Position numbers and translations under genes: made by a program. Positions 1 through 11,806 of a DNA stretch of 51,454 bases are shown here, one piece after another. Position 1 is the stretch's first letter. Each line of letters begins with the position of its first letter. The DNA is from Octopus bimaculoides. Its lineage: Eukaryota. The DNA lies in contig NC_068990.1 in assembly GCF_001194135.2 (NCBI RefSeq), forward strand, positions 51,844,271 to 51,895,724. The letters are read 5' to 3'. The notes beneath the pieces were generated by a model. It was not told the DNA's origin, did no database searches, and saw nothing but the letters and a program-made list of their open reading frames with translations.

Positions 1-280
1 AAAACAGAAACAATTCCTATCATAGTAGGTGCCTTAGGTATAATAAAAAAATATTCAGACAAATACATAACAAAAATAGCAGGACTTACAAATATATATA
101 ACATACAGAAAATTGCACTACTGGGTACTGCACACATTCTACGCAAAACACTTTCAATACAGTAAACATAAGAGCACCACAGCAAACCACAGCACATACC
201 CAAGGCGCACAGAGCTGCGCTCGGTAGTGAAGTGAAAGCACGTTATAAAAATAAAACTACTGAATAATAATAATAATAAT
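1..280 (+). mobile_element. 3' end of an R4/Dong-like non-LTR retrotransposon (RLE C-terminus, 3' UTR, (TAA)n tail)
   Basis: Frame 1 reads KTETIPIIVGALGIIKKY...IQKIALLGTAHILRKTLSIQ* (stop 163-165), the typical R4-clade C-terminus, followed by a short 3' UTR and a (TAA)n tail at about 263-280. Confidence 0.85.
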
Positions 281-1237
281 TTCGCCGAACAAACAGAAGT
301 GGGAGGAAAAAGCGACTGTCTAGCGCTTCAAATAGCCAGTGCTCCGTGTAGGCATTACTCGTTAGCCTCGGATGGCAAGCAGCCTTGAAGGATCACTTTG
401 ACTAAGGGGGCAAGACCTCTGTCGTCTTGGCGGGCTACCTTCATAGAGATTGTGTCTTGATAAAAATACTGTTTAGTGGTACCTTAAAATACACCTCATT
501 TGTGAGTGAAAATTCTCAGCAAAATAGCTAACGATAACGATGTGAACGGAACTGGACCCAAAGGTGAAGGTGCCGCACCCAGCAGGTCCCTATTCTGCAG
601 CAGAGTGGACTTGGTCGTAATCCATTCACTACTAGCCATGCTACGAGACATTAGAGGAGTAAACAAGTAAACGTGATGGTTAAGTAGCGCCACTACCGGA
701 GCATCCCAGTGGATGCAAAAGACATGCTTACCAGAGGGTACAGAAACCGAATGGACAGAGAATGGAAGGCAATGGATCTATTTGAAATTACTGAACAGAG
801 ATTATGTGACCAAGCAAGAGTAATACGGAAGAATCGATGCTTAACAGAACTGGAGTTAGAAGCTATTAAAAGAAGGATATCAGGAGATACTTAGCATACG
901 AGAAGCAAAAGTGGTGTAGTGGAAGATATGAACAATTCGCAAGAATATACTACCATGAATTGTGAAAGAATCGAGATCAGTGACTACCTAAACAATGAAA
1001 ACTGAGGTTCGACCAATTGTCACTGGAGCCTTAGAAACAACAGGGAAGAGAAAAGTTTGGCTTGCAGAAGCACATAGAATACATGAAACTGGCTTGCTTA
1101 GTAGAAACGATGTAGATCATTAGAACGTTCTTGGATGGTTGGGGTCAAAGGTGTTGATTTGTTATCCAAAAGTAAACCAGACTAAATTCCATCATAGAGG
1201 TGAGATATAAAAAGTGTTTGAAATAATAATAATAATG
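281..1237 (+). mobile_element. Internally deleted R4/Dong-like element (5' UTR + N-terminus joined to C-terminus + (TAA)n)
   Basis: ORF 709-894 GYRNRMDREWKAMDLFEITEQRLCDQARVIRKN...ELEAIKRRI resembles the R4/Dong N-terminal domain. From 995, MKTEVRPIVTGALETT parallels KTETIPIIVGALG of the upstream copy. An (AAT)5 tail lies at about 1222-1236. No RT motif between them. Confidence 0.72.
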
Positions 1238-2334
1238 ATTTCTAATAGTGAAACATATTTGTGGGGATGTACAATCTGTTAAATTGACTTCAGTATTTTA
1301 CTTGCACTTATTTGTTGCCGCCAGAAGAATAATAGACTTGATTTCAACTCAGACCATAAAGGAGTTGCAACTGAACATCACACGATATTTTGTCTACCAT
1401 TCAAACATTTTATCCTCGCCAACCTATTACAATGGAAATTATTAAATAATTATATTTTCATATAACTAGTTTGACCTTTCATAAGTATTGTAATCACCTT
1501 TCTTTAGATGACATCATGCAATTTGTACCAGACTGGGATACCAGTATTCAATGTTTCAGTAATTTCTTTTCGTATCTGCTTTTATTGCATGTGAAGAATG
1601 GTAAATTTGTAAGGTTTCTCCAAAGGTTAGTCTGGTTCTTGGCACGAAATCATTTCAACAACTGGATTATTCTTAATGAATTGGATTCCCATAATATATA
1701 ACCAACACTTTTGGCGTGCATTTTCTTAATGGAATGCTTTCCAAATCATTTGCGTTAAAAGGACGCAACACAAAAGAATTCTGAAAGCTACCATGTTGAG
1801 GTTAAATTGAAATTGTTTAAAGTTAATATCTGACGCTTTTTCATTTGAAAACTATCACAAATTTTGGAATAAAAATACTTTAAGCAAGGAACTAGAACCG
1901 AGAAATAACAGATCTAGAAATGCTACACAAATATAAAAAAAATAGCGTTTTGGTTATGAAGAAAAGATAAAACATTTTGGTGGTTGCTGTTCAGCCCCAA
2001 GACAATTCTGGCCAAGAAAACCTATGATGACAAAAGTTCTTGTCATGACTACCATGTTTTTGTAAGACTCATGTCTTTTATTTAATAATGTAAACATGTA
2101 GGGAGATATGACTTATTTCTTGTGGAACAAGCCTCCCAGTAGACTCACTCATTGGCTCCACATTTTGTTGTGAGGCTGAGTAGGTCAAGCTATCGAATCA
2201 TTCCTAATGGTAATATTCACAGTCACCTACGTACTTACACACATCCATATATATGCGTGTGTGCATGCGTGTGTATGTAATAATGGTATGTTGGTAGATG
2301 TGTATTTTATATTTATGTGTTTTGGTCTGTATTC

Positions 2335-2457
<123 letters not shown>

Positions 2458-3890
2458 CATTTATAAAACTGATGGAGCATTTATAGACAAGGTGTTGCTA
2501 AGAAATTAGAGTTGACATACCTTCTTATTGTGACAGTTGTAGTGTTTAGCGCATGCCTTTGTCTCGCTCTAATTCAATCTTGTGAGGGTAGAGGAGGTCA
2601 GGTTTTGTTGGACCTATGAGGTGTTTCAGTAAACGAATTAATAGGTATGAAAATGTAGTAAAATCATAGCTGGAAAAACTTTGATAAAGTCTATTATAAT
2701 GGATTTTTAAGCATTTTGTTTTTCCTCTTCTCAAAATGATTTCGATTCTTGCCAAAGCCTCATTCTGTGAATGGTTGCCTGCAGATTGAGGAATTGTACA
2801 GTGATGACGGTTCAGCTTCTGTCAAAGCTACGGACTTTCTATTGTGACGGAAAAGAAAACATTTATCGTCAATTTTCTAGACATTGTATTAATTCATTGC
2901 ACAACCTCTTTCGTGCTCCAAGCAAAATACTAAGTTGCATCAACAAATACTAAAGCCATCAGAAGAAAACTTTTGAGTCATAAACGTATATTAGACTCGT
3001 TAAACTCTGGAGTAACAGAAAAAAACATTCACAGAAACATACTACAATGAAGATGAAAGTCAGAAGTATACACGTGTAGAATTGCGAAAGGAATAGCAGT
3101 AGAAACATTGCCTGGTTCAACCACTTGCATATTTATAAAGAAAGTAAAACTCATAGAACTGCAGTTGTGTGCCAATAATAGAATGACGAAACGAATAGGG
3201 GTAGAAACTCTACTTGTTTCAAATCAATTGTTAAACAGCGGTAGATAAAATCTACTTCAAACTAACTAACAAGGGAACATTTCACAAAAGAGACTGTCAA
3301 AGGCAATCAAATTCTCTAATTCAGCTACTCCAAACTTCAAACACTAGTTTCCTCTAATATTACTTTTAGAAAATTGGTGATTTAACACGGCGTAAGTGAA
3401 AGTTATACTGCTTGCTAAGCAATTGAAATCTGATGGAGCATATATTCTGAGTATGACAGTTATAGTTCTGTGTCCTTGAATGTAGAAGGTATTTTTCGTA
3501 TGACATATATTTAACCATTATTTTTTGATATTGGTATCTGTAGGACTGTAGATTAATGAGCATATGTAACAGTGTTTTCTTGTGTTGAGAGTATTTGCAT
3601 TTGCCGATATCTTTGTATGCACACATATAAGGACAAGCTTATGCAGGTATATGTGTTCGTGTAGAAATTGTACGTACATATGCGAATCTGTACAGGTATA
3701 TATATACGTTTGTGTCTGTGTCTGTGTGTGTATGTGCGTACGTGCGTGTGTGAGGAGGTGTGTGCATGTAATTCAGCATAAGACTGACAAGTTAACTAGG
3801 AAACCACGGTTTTACCTACAACATTCTTAGTGCGTAAGCATGCATGCTTCAGGACCTCATTGTATTTGTGTTTATTAATACTTTCTTCTA

Positions 3891-4105
3891 AAGGCGGCGA
3901 GCTGGCAGAAACATTAGCTCGCTGGACGAAATTCTTAGCGGTGTTTTGTCTGTCTTTATGTTCTGAGTTCAGATTCCGCTGAGGTCAACTTAGCCTTTCA
4001 TCCTTTCGAGGTCGATAAATTAAGTACCAGTTGCGTACTGGGTCGATCTAATCGACTGGCCCCTTCACCCAAAATTTCGGGCCTTGTGCCTAGAGTAGAA
4101 AAGAA
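3891..4105 (+). mobile_element. tRNA-derived SINE (family A) with a 15-bp TSD
   Basis: A/B-box-like head (ggcggcgagctggcag...gagttcagattcc) and central domain gcctttcatcctttcgaggtcgataaattaagtaccag. TSD taatactttc(t/c)tcta at 3876-3890 and 4106-4120. Other copies at 34936-35095 and 38095-38295. Confidence 0.88.
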
Positions 4106-4339
4106 TAATACTTTCCTCTATGCGCGCGCGTATGTGTGTCAAAGGTTGACTCTAGCTAAGATAAAACTCAGCGTAAAACGCCCCGCAATAAACACTTACT
4201 GCTAGACACTGATAAGGTGAGAGCATACTTGCATAATGTTTCTACAACTGTTATGTAATTATTTTACCACTTTCATAAAACGCGAGTATGCTCTATAAAG
4301 CCATACCAACTCCCTCCTTATCATCAATATATATGTTTG

Positions 4340-4377
<38 letters not shown>

Positions 4378-4706
4378 AACATCAAGTAAATAGCTAACTC
4401 GCTTTGTGATCATGAGTGCACCAAACCTCGCGTGTGCGTATGCTCACATTTTTGCTGATGCTTGTATGAGCGTGTGTACTCGTGCCATGCAGCTTGCCCG
4501 AGGGTGTTTATACATCAATATCTGTTAGCGGTTATTTTCAATACTTTTCTCAGTGGATTACATGTTCGTTTCTCTTTTTGTCATCTGCAATTTTATTTTT
4601 GATCTATATATATGAAGATTTTTCCTCCGTCTGGCTGTTTTTCTCTCTATAAAACGGAAAGTTACATTGTGGAAGAGTCATTTTAACGAGTTGTTTTTAT
4701 TTGTTT

Positions 4707-4812
4707 ATCACCCGACGAGATACATCTGTACCACCGGATACTCCTAAACCAGTTGTTGAGTGTCCCACCCAAGAGGAATCGATGCCAGATGTGTCGAAAC
4801 AATTGTCGTGAT
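4707..4812 (+). ncRNA. Type I hammerhead ribozyme motif (U4C core variant, long stem II)
   Basis: P1 atcac(4707-11)/gtgat(4808-12); core CCGACGA(4712-18); P2 gatacatctg(4719-28)/cagatgtgtc(4786-95), 10 bp; GAAAC(4796-4800); palindromic P3 ACAATTGT; GTC cleavage triplet 4805-07. Confidence 0.72.
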
Positions 4813-4881
4813 TAATAATAAATTCTCGTATATTCAATCTTCTCTCTTTCATTTGTTATATATATATATATATATATATTA

Positions 4882-5062
4882 CGGAGATGCACTTGCATAG
4901 CAAGTGACCTGATCTGAGATCGTGTGCTGGAACGAAAACAATTGCAGCGTGGAAGGTGTTTATAAGCCATTAGATTCACTTCAACATTTAAATTTAATTT
5001 GTCAAAATATTTTCGTCACTTTGAGACCGCGACCTGTTCACTGACAAAATTCTGTGCTGCAT
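4882..5062 (+). repeat. Dispersed repeat (SINE/MITE-like, family B)
   Basis: gcacttgcatagcaagtgacc...gaccgcgacctgttcactgacaaaa recurs with high similarity at 39447-39605 and inverted at 39611-39663. Confidence 0.75.
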
Positions 5063-5089
5063 CTGAGAAAGTAATAGTTAGTTCATGAT

Positions 5090-5225
5090 ATATATGTACA
5101 TGTGTATGTATGTATGTATGTATGTGCGTGTACATGTGTGCGCGTATGCATCTGTGTACATGCGTATGCATGTGTGTATGCATGCATGCATGCATGTATG
5201 TATGTATGTATGTATGTATGTATAA
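5090..5225. repeat. Compound (TATG)n/(TGCA)n microsatellite
   Basis: Tetranucleotide and RY periodicity read directly. Confidence 0.9.
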
Positions 5226-5551
5226 ACGTCACTAAAGTGACTAAGAGTACTAGTAAGCACGAGCATTGCTAGAAATAAGAGTAAAAACGACACTTAGTCA
5301 TGATGAAGCACTTATACCATGACTGACAAAGAAAGCAATCAAATCGCCACTTTTAGCTAATATAATAACTATGTATACATTAATATTAACTAATAATATT
5401 CACGACAACCATTAAACAAACTAAAAAGTTAACTAATAAATAACTGGACACCCCCGTTGCTTACTACGCTGACTGATCTGGTACTCTTTCTTCTTTCTGT
5501 TGTTATATGTTTCGTATTTTCTATTATTCGATCTTTATAATGTAAATGAAG

Positions 5552-5898
5552 AGTAAAGAGTAAAGACCCCTTCGGTCATAAATTTGCATGGTATTGCACC
5601 TAGAAAATTCTCTTCCGAGGCACAAGTCCGAGTAAAGTTATGTGTGGAAGACCAGCAGTCGCTCATGCATACCAGCCTTCTCTCTACACATCACTGATGT
5701 TATCCAAGGGAAAGACAAAAGCCGATACAGCTTGGCACCAGTGACCTTGCAACTCATTTCTACAGCTGAGTAAACTGAAGCAAACATGAAATAAAGTGTC
5801 TTGCTCAAGAATACAACACACAGCCCAGTCCGAGAATCGAACGCACCACCTTATGACTGTGAGCCCGATACTCTAACCACTGAACCATGTGCCTTCAC
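5552..5898 (-). mobile_element. tRNA-derived CORE-like SINE with an 8-bp TSD
   Basis: Minus strand: A box tggttcagtggttag, B box gttcgattc, CORE-like cttgagcaagacactt, (ctttact)n tail. TSD aaatgaag at 5544-5551 and 5899-5906. Confidence 0.85.
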
Positions 5899-7149
5899 AA
5901 ATGAAGGGTAGTACACTAATAATACTATCCGTTTTTTTCCGTACACACTACTCCTAATTATAATAAAAACAATTCTATTTCAGGTACATACTTCTTCCAC
6001 CCACAAGCATATCTGTGTATCCCCTATACTATATTTGTATTTATATTCAACCTCCTATCTTATATTCCTTTACCAGGATAAAACATTCGCGCAAGATACT
6101 ACCATTCTACAAATATTAGACCTAATCATCTAAGTTCGAATCAAAGCATCCCCTCCATAGCCACCATCTCCTGGTTTACCCTAAATTCTGAAAGATATCT
6201 CTCCCTGCCTCTTTTCGGATCTTGATCTTTAACAAGGGCAAGCTGCCCTTATATCTGTCTCTAATTGCCTCTATTTCCTTTATCTTGTTTTCACTTCTAG
6301 CTATTCATCTCTCTAATCTCAGGGTGATAAAACGAATAACAGTGAAACATTAAAAAATATACATATCATTACCAACACTTCACCTTTAGTCGTCGATAAC
6401 GAACCACTTAATTGTCTCCGGGTTACATACTGACCGGCCACTAGCTATGTTGGTAGCCATAAATCTCATCTCACCCCAACTCACTAACTAAATTTCTTAT
6501 ACACTTCCACCTGTTTATGGTTTTGCTTTCTCCCATTCAAGGCCAGCTTCGGCTTATCCTTCTATTGTTTTGAAATTATATGGATCATCTAATGAATATG
6601 TTTTTTTTTACTATGATAGAATGTACTCACTCATCAAATAAACAAATGCGTAAGAAACAGTTGTAATGAACTGACATTTAACCATCGTCTGTTATTTTTT
6701 CTTTATATATATATATATATATATATATAAGCAATATATATATATATATATTTGTATTTCTTTCCTAAGCAATTCTAGGTAGTAATATATATATATATAT
6801 TCATGGCTTTGAATATCTGGCGTTCTAGTTATCTTTCATTCTATTATTCGTTCCCATCTGGGGCATGAAAGGTCTTTGTATATTTTTGTTGGTCGTAATT
6901 ATTCATACCAGTGGACGAAAAATCTAATTTTTATTTCATGAAGAGTTTTGCGTTTTTGTACTTGGAATTAATTAGACTCCGGAACAAGTAGGCTGTAATA
7001 TCCTTGACACTAGTGAGAATTTTTGCTACCCTGGTAACTATTTTTTTTATTTTTTCATGTTAATTTGTAGACATTGAAAAAATGCACATACATTTATATA
7101 CACTTCAACCAGATTTCCATATAACGTGCAAATAAAATAGTTGCCACAT

Positions 7150-9400
7150 ATGGAGTTCTTTGACATAAACGCATCTCTTCATGATATACCCATTCCCCCA
7201 AGGAAGGTTTTCTTAAGCAACTCATTAGTAAGACAGACTCCTTTATTCACCGTATTAGATGGTTTGCGTTCTTCTTCGACAATAAAGACATTAAACAACC
7301 TTCTAAGGATCTAACTTCTGAGTTCAGCAAATTGTTTAAATTTGTTAACAAAAATCCTCTATCTAACCCAAGATTGAAACAGTTCTAAGACGATCTCTGG
7401 TCTATCGTGAGGAATGTGAAATTCCATCGTTTATCCTTAAGGAATAAACATCTGAGGTATCTTCACAATATCACCAAAGAAATTCACAACATCGATGGGG
7501 TACTGGTTCAATCGGATAAAACAGGAAACATATAGAGACTTACCGAGGATTACTACCTAGAATTGCTTAGGAAAGAAATACAAAAAAAAATATACGATTA
7601 CAGGGAAAAGCGCTATCAGGAAAGGCAATCTTGAGGCTAAGAAAATTATGGAGAAATATGACTTACAGATGAAGACTGAACCTCTTGATCCCAAACAATC
7701 TCGTTTTATTTTAAAAGACCACAAACCAAATTTCTTTAATGACCCAAACCTTACAACTTATTTGTCCTTCTAGCTTTGATATCGGTGTACTTAGCAAAAA
7801 TATTCTGAATAAATACATTCCTTCTTTACTTAAAAAATCAAAGCTTAATTTATGGTCTAATTCGTTCCAAGTGGTCGACTGGTTTAATTCTATTAATAAC
7901 AAGAAGTGCACTAAGTTTATCCAGTTCGTCATTTCTAGTTACTATTCCTTTGTTAACCCAATTGTAATCAACAAAGCACTCTGAATCGCACAGAACAAAG
8001 CAGGTCTCACCCGGGATAAAATAAATGTGGTGTTAGCTGCCAGAAAATCAATCATTAAATTTCAAAACAAGCTGTGGGTCCGTAAGATAAGCCTGACAGT
8101 TTTAATGTCACGATGAGAAGTTCTGACTCAGCACAATTGGCTGATTTGGTCGGTATATATATATCCTTTATGACCAATTCCCAAACATCAATGTAGGTTT
8201 ATATCGTGATGATTGTCTACTCTACCTTCAAAATGTTTCTAACCAAAAATTACAAAGGATATAACTAAAGCCAACTTTTTGGATATTACCCTTAACTTAT
8301 ATAATGATTCATATTTCCCATACCACAAATCCTCAACTAATTTAGAATATATTAACCCTTTCAGTAATCATTCAAAGGCTATTACAAGGAATGTAATCAG
8401 AGATATTTCACTTAGACTTTCTAGATTATCTGCAAATGTTGATACCTTCAACAATAAAGCCGAATTTTATAACTCTAGCTTGCTTAAGACAGGCTATAAA
8501 GAAAAAATTACCTATATTAACCCTTTTAACATTAATTCTACCTCTATTAATCAGGACATGAAAACATGTCATAACGGTAATAACAATATAAATTTTAGTT
8601 CGAATAACAACACTAAATCGAATTTTGTAGCGTAAGGGATATAACCGTACTTTATGTCCCTTTGTGCGTAATAAAAATAAGTCTAGGACTTTTAGATAAT
8701 TAACCTAATAACAAGGTGGGTCCTAGTAAAACAGTTTGGTTGATAATTCCATATGATAAGCAGATCAAATCCAACCTCCCTTCCCAGTTTCGTGAAGCTA
8801 TAGATAAGGATTTCCTAAAAAAATTCAAGATACCATTCCATTATTAATTCGCACGGAATTAGAATAGGGTTTTCAAACACCAAAAACCTTTCACAAATCA
8901 TCTCTTCACATAACAATAAGTTATTAATTACAAATCCACTTAATGAAAATAATAACATTGATATTATTAACCTTAACCATTCTTTGAACAATAATAACAA
9001 CAATATTAATATTTCTGATATAAATTCGAATCGTATTCGTTTCCTTAGCAGTAATTGTAATACTAGAAACTCTGTTTATCAATGTAAAATTACTTCCGGT
9101 TCTGATGTCTTTTTTTACATAGGTAGTTCGTCGTCTCAGTCGTTGAAAAGAATATCTGATCATTACTCTACATTTAGACATATCAATAAACGCAACAATA
9201 CTGGGTATAGTAAATTAAGAAACATAATAAACAATTTGATTTGGAATGGAATATTCTATCTAGACCATTCCCATATGATAAAGGTAAATCTTTTTGTCTG
9301 CTCTGTAACGAAGAACAATTTCTCATCCTGTTCTCGGAGAATTCTTTTGTAAATACGTTTAAAGAAGGCGTTTATCGTTGCAAACATTAGCAAAAACACC
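7150..9400 (+). mobile_element. Penelope-like element (Neptune-type), near-complete but disrupted RT + GIY-YIG ORF
   Basis: DIPIP then (frameshift) FLKQLISKTDSFIHRIRWFAFF; ILKDHKPNF at about 7710; RT motif GLYRDD at 8196-8213; thumb FLDITLNL..YFPYHK; GIY-YIG VYQCKI...FYIGSS...RISDH in ORF 8984-9352. Multiple stops and frameshifts. Confidence 0.9.
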
Positions 9401-9959
9401 TTTTCCTCCTATAAGTAATTTCTACTAATCTATAAAACTCGTCCTTTAACTCTTTTCTCACATTTCATTTCCACTACATATATCTATTTCCACGTTTTTA
9501 AGTTTTATTNNNNNNNNNNNNNNNNNNNNNNNNNNNNNNNNNNNNNNNNNNNNNNNNNNNNNNNNNNNNNNNNNNNNNNNNNNNNNNNNNNNNNNNNNNN
9601 NNNNNNNNNNNNNNNNNNNNNNNNNNNNNNNNNNNNNNNNNNNNNNNNNNNNNNNNNNNNNNNNNNNNNNNNNNNNNNNNNNNNNNNNNNNNNNNNNNNN
9701 NNNNNNNNNNNNNNNNNNNNNNNNNNNNNNNNNNNNNNNNNNNNNNNNNNNNNNNNNNNNNNNNNNNNNNNNNNNNNNNNNNNNNNNNNNNNNNNNNNNN
9801 NNNNNNNNNNNNNNNNNNNNNNNNNNNNNNNNNNNNNNNNNNNNNNNNNNNNNNNNNNNNNNNNNNNNNNNNNNNNNNNNNNNNNNNNNNNNNNNNNNNN
9901 NNNNNNNNNNNNNNNNNNNNNNNNNNNNNNNNNNNNNNATATATATATATATATATATA

Positions 9960-10670
9960 TAGCTTAGGACAATCAGTAAGTTGTCATTATAGTAATCAGA
10001 GTTTCAAATGCCGGAGCGAAGAGCTACGATGCATTCTCGTCTGCTATTAATAGCAATAGACGCTATGAAAAGCCGTTGAATAAAAAGGAAGTTACTCTAA
10101 TAGGTAGAAAAAAAAGATAAACGATAAAAAAATAAACGCAACCATATTATCACTATACATAGACATAAAGTTTTGGTTTTCTTCCGGAGTTTTGTTTCAA
10201 TGAGGTTTTTTCCCTCTATTTCAAAGGGTGTTATTACTTTCGAGACAGTACTTCTTGATACACCAAAGATTTCGGCTGTTTTCGGTACGCTAGCGCTTGC
10301 CATACGAGCACCAACAATTTTACCTCTTTGAATGTCCGATGGATCTGTCATTTTAATAAATTTTAATTACTTTTTCTGATGATATATGAATAGAAACAGT
10401 AATTTTAGCAACACATATTAAGCAATACTAATAATAAATCAAAAACATAAAAATAAACAAGCTTTGTCTATGTATTGTGAGAATATGGTTGCGTGTATTT
10501 TTTATCATTTGTCTTTCTTTTTCTACTTATTAGAATAACTTCCCTTTTATTCAACTGTTTTTCATAGCGTCTATTGCCATCAATAGGCGATGGGAATGCA
10601 TCGTAGCTCTTCGCTCCGACATTTGAAACACTGAGTACTATAATGACAACTTACTGATTGTCCTAAACTA
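9960..10670 (-). mobile_element. Tc1-family deletion derivative with about 210-bp TIRs, TA TSD and transposase N-terminal remnant
   Basis: 9960-about 10168 is the reverse complement of about 10463-10670 (tag(c/t)ttaggacaatcagtaagttgtcattatag...), flanked by TA. Minus ORF from 10351: MTDPSDIQRGKIVGARMASASVPKTAEIFGVSRSTVSKV, a Tc1 paired-like HTH. Confidence 0.9.
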
Positions 10671-10753
10671 TACATATATAAATAATCCTCTATTTACCTA
10701 TATCGAGGTCTCATTCTTTTGTTGTCACTTTTTATATTTATTTTATGTATGTG

Positions 10754-10832
<79 letters not shown>

Positions 10833-11481
10833 NNNNNNNNNNNNNNNNNNNNNNNNNNNNNNNNNNNNNNNNNNNNNNNNNNNNNNNNNNNNNNNNNNNN
10901 NNNNNNNNNNNNNNNNNNNNNNNNNNNNNNNNNNNNNNNNNNNNNNNNNNNNNNNNNNNNNNNNNNNNNNNNNNNNNNNNNNNNNNNNNNNNNNNNNNNN
11001 NNNNNNNNNNNNNNNNNNNNNNNNNNNNNNNNNNNNNNNNNNNNNNNNNNNNNNNNNNNNNNNNNNNNNNNNNNNNNNNNNNNNNNNNNNNNNNNNNNNN
11101 NNNNNNNNNNNNNNNNNNNNNNNNNNNNNNNNNNNNNNNNNNNNNNNNNNNNNNNNNNNNNNNNNNNNNNNNNNNNNNNNNNNNNNNNNNNNNNNNNNNN
11201 NNNNGAGAGAGGGAGAGAGAGAGAGAGAGAGTGAGATATAGATATATATATATACATGTATGTATGTATGTATGTATGTATGTATGTATGTATGTATGTA
11301 TGTATATGTGTGCGGGGTGGTAGACTGCATTTGTTATGTCATGTTAAATCAGTTTCAGAATTGCACAAAAGGGAGATAGGTCTGTGTAATACACACCAAC
11401 TTTTACGATAATTTAATACAGAATTCAATTGATGGACCGAATAAAAATTCATTGTTAAAGCCAATGGAGTCACAACCACCA

Positions 11482-11482
11482 T

Positions 11483-11529
<47 letters not shown>

Positions 11530-11540
11530 GCAGCGGCGGC
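11482..11540. repeat. (CAG)n/(CGG) trinucleotide microsatellite
   Basis: About 15 CAG units followed by CGG variants. Confidence 0.95.
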
Positions 11541-11576
11541 AATATATACAGGCATATGTGAGTATGTGTGCGTGAG

Positions 11577-11638
<62 letters not shown>

Positions 11639-11763
11639 CATACATACATAGACAGACAGACAGACAGACAAATAGATAGTTAGATAGATAGAAAGAAAGA
11701 AAGATATACATAATTGTGTGTATGTATGTGCGTATGTATGTATAAATATGGGTGAATATTTTC

Positions 11764-11806
<43 letters not shown>

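Noticed and set aside
2546-2960. Faint resemblance to Gypsy RT/RNase H (YNRLYQSFSS...LIRLLKH...PDLLYP)
   Set aside because: Too few conserved residues to call without a profile search.
5900-6700. Strand-skewed segments here and at 13210-14150 that look like decayed retroelement coding sequence
   Set aside because: No recognisable motif could be translated, so they are left unassigned.
10376-10401. CTGATGA-tat/ata-GAAAC-a-GTA hammerhead-like string
   Set aside because: There is no P1 pairing, the context is AT-rich and inside a Tc1 element, so chance is likely.
11452-11679. Poly-Ala (or poly-Gln) ORF that could be a transcription-factor exon
   Set aside because: It is embedded in microsatellites, has no flanking domain, has nearby in-frame stops and no convincing splice acceptor.
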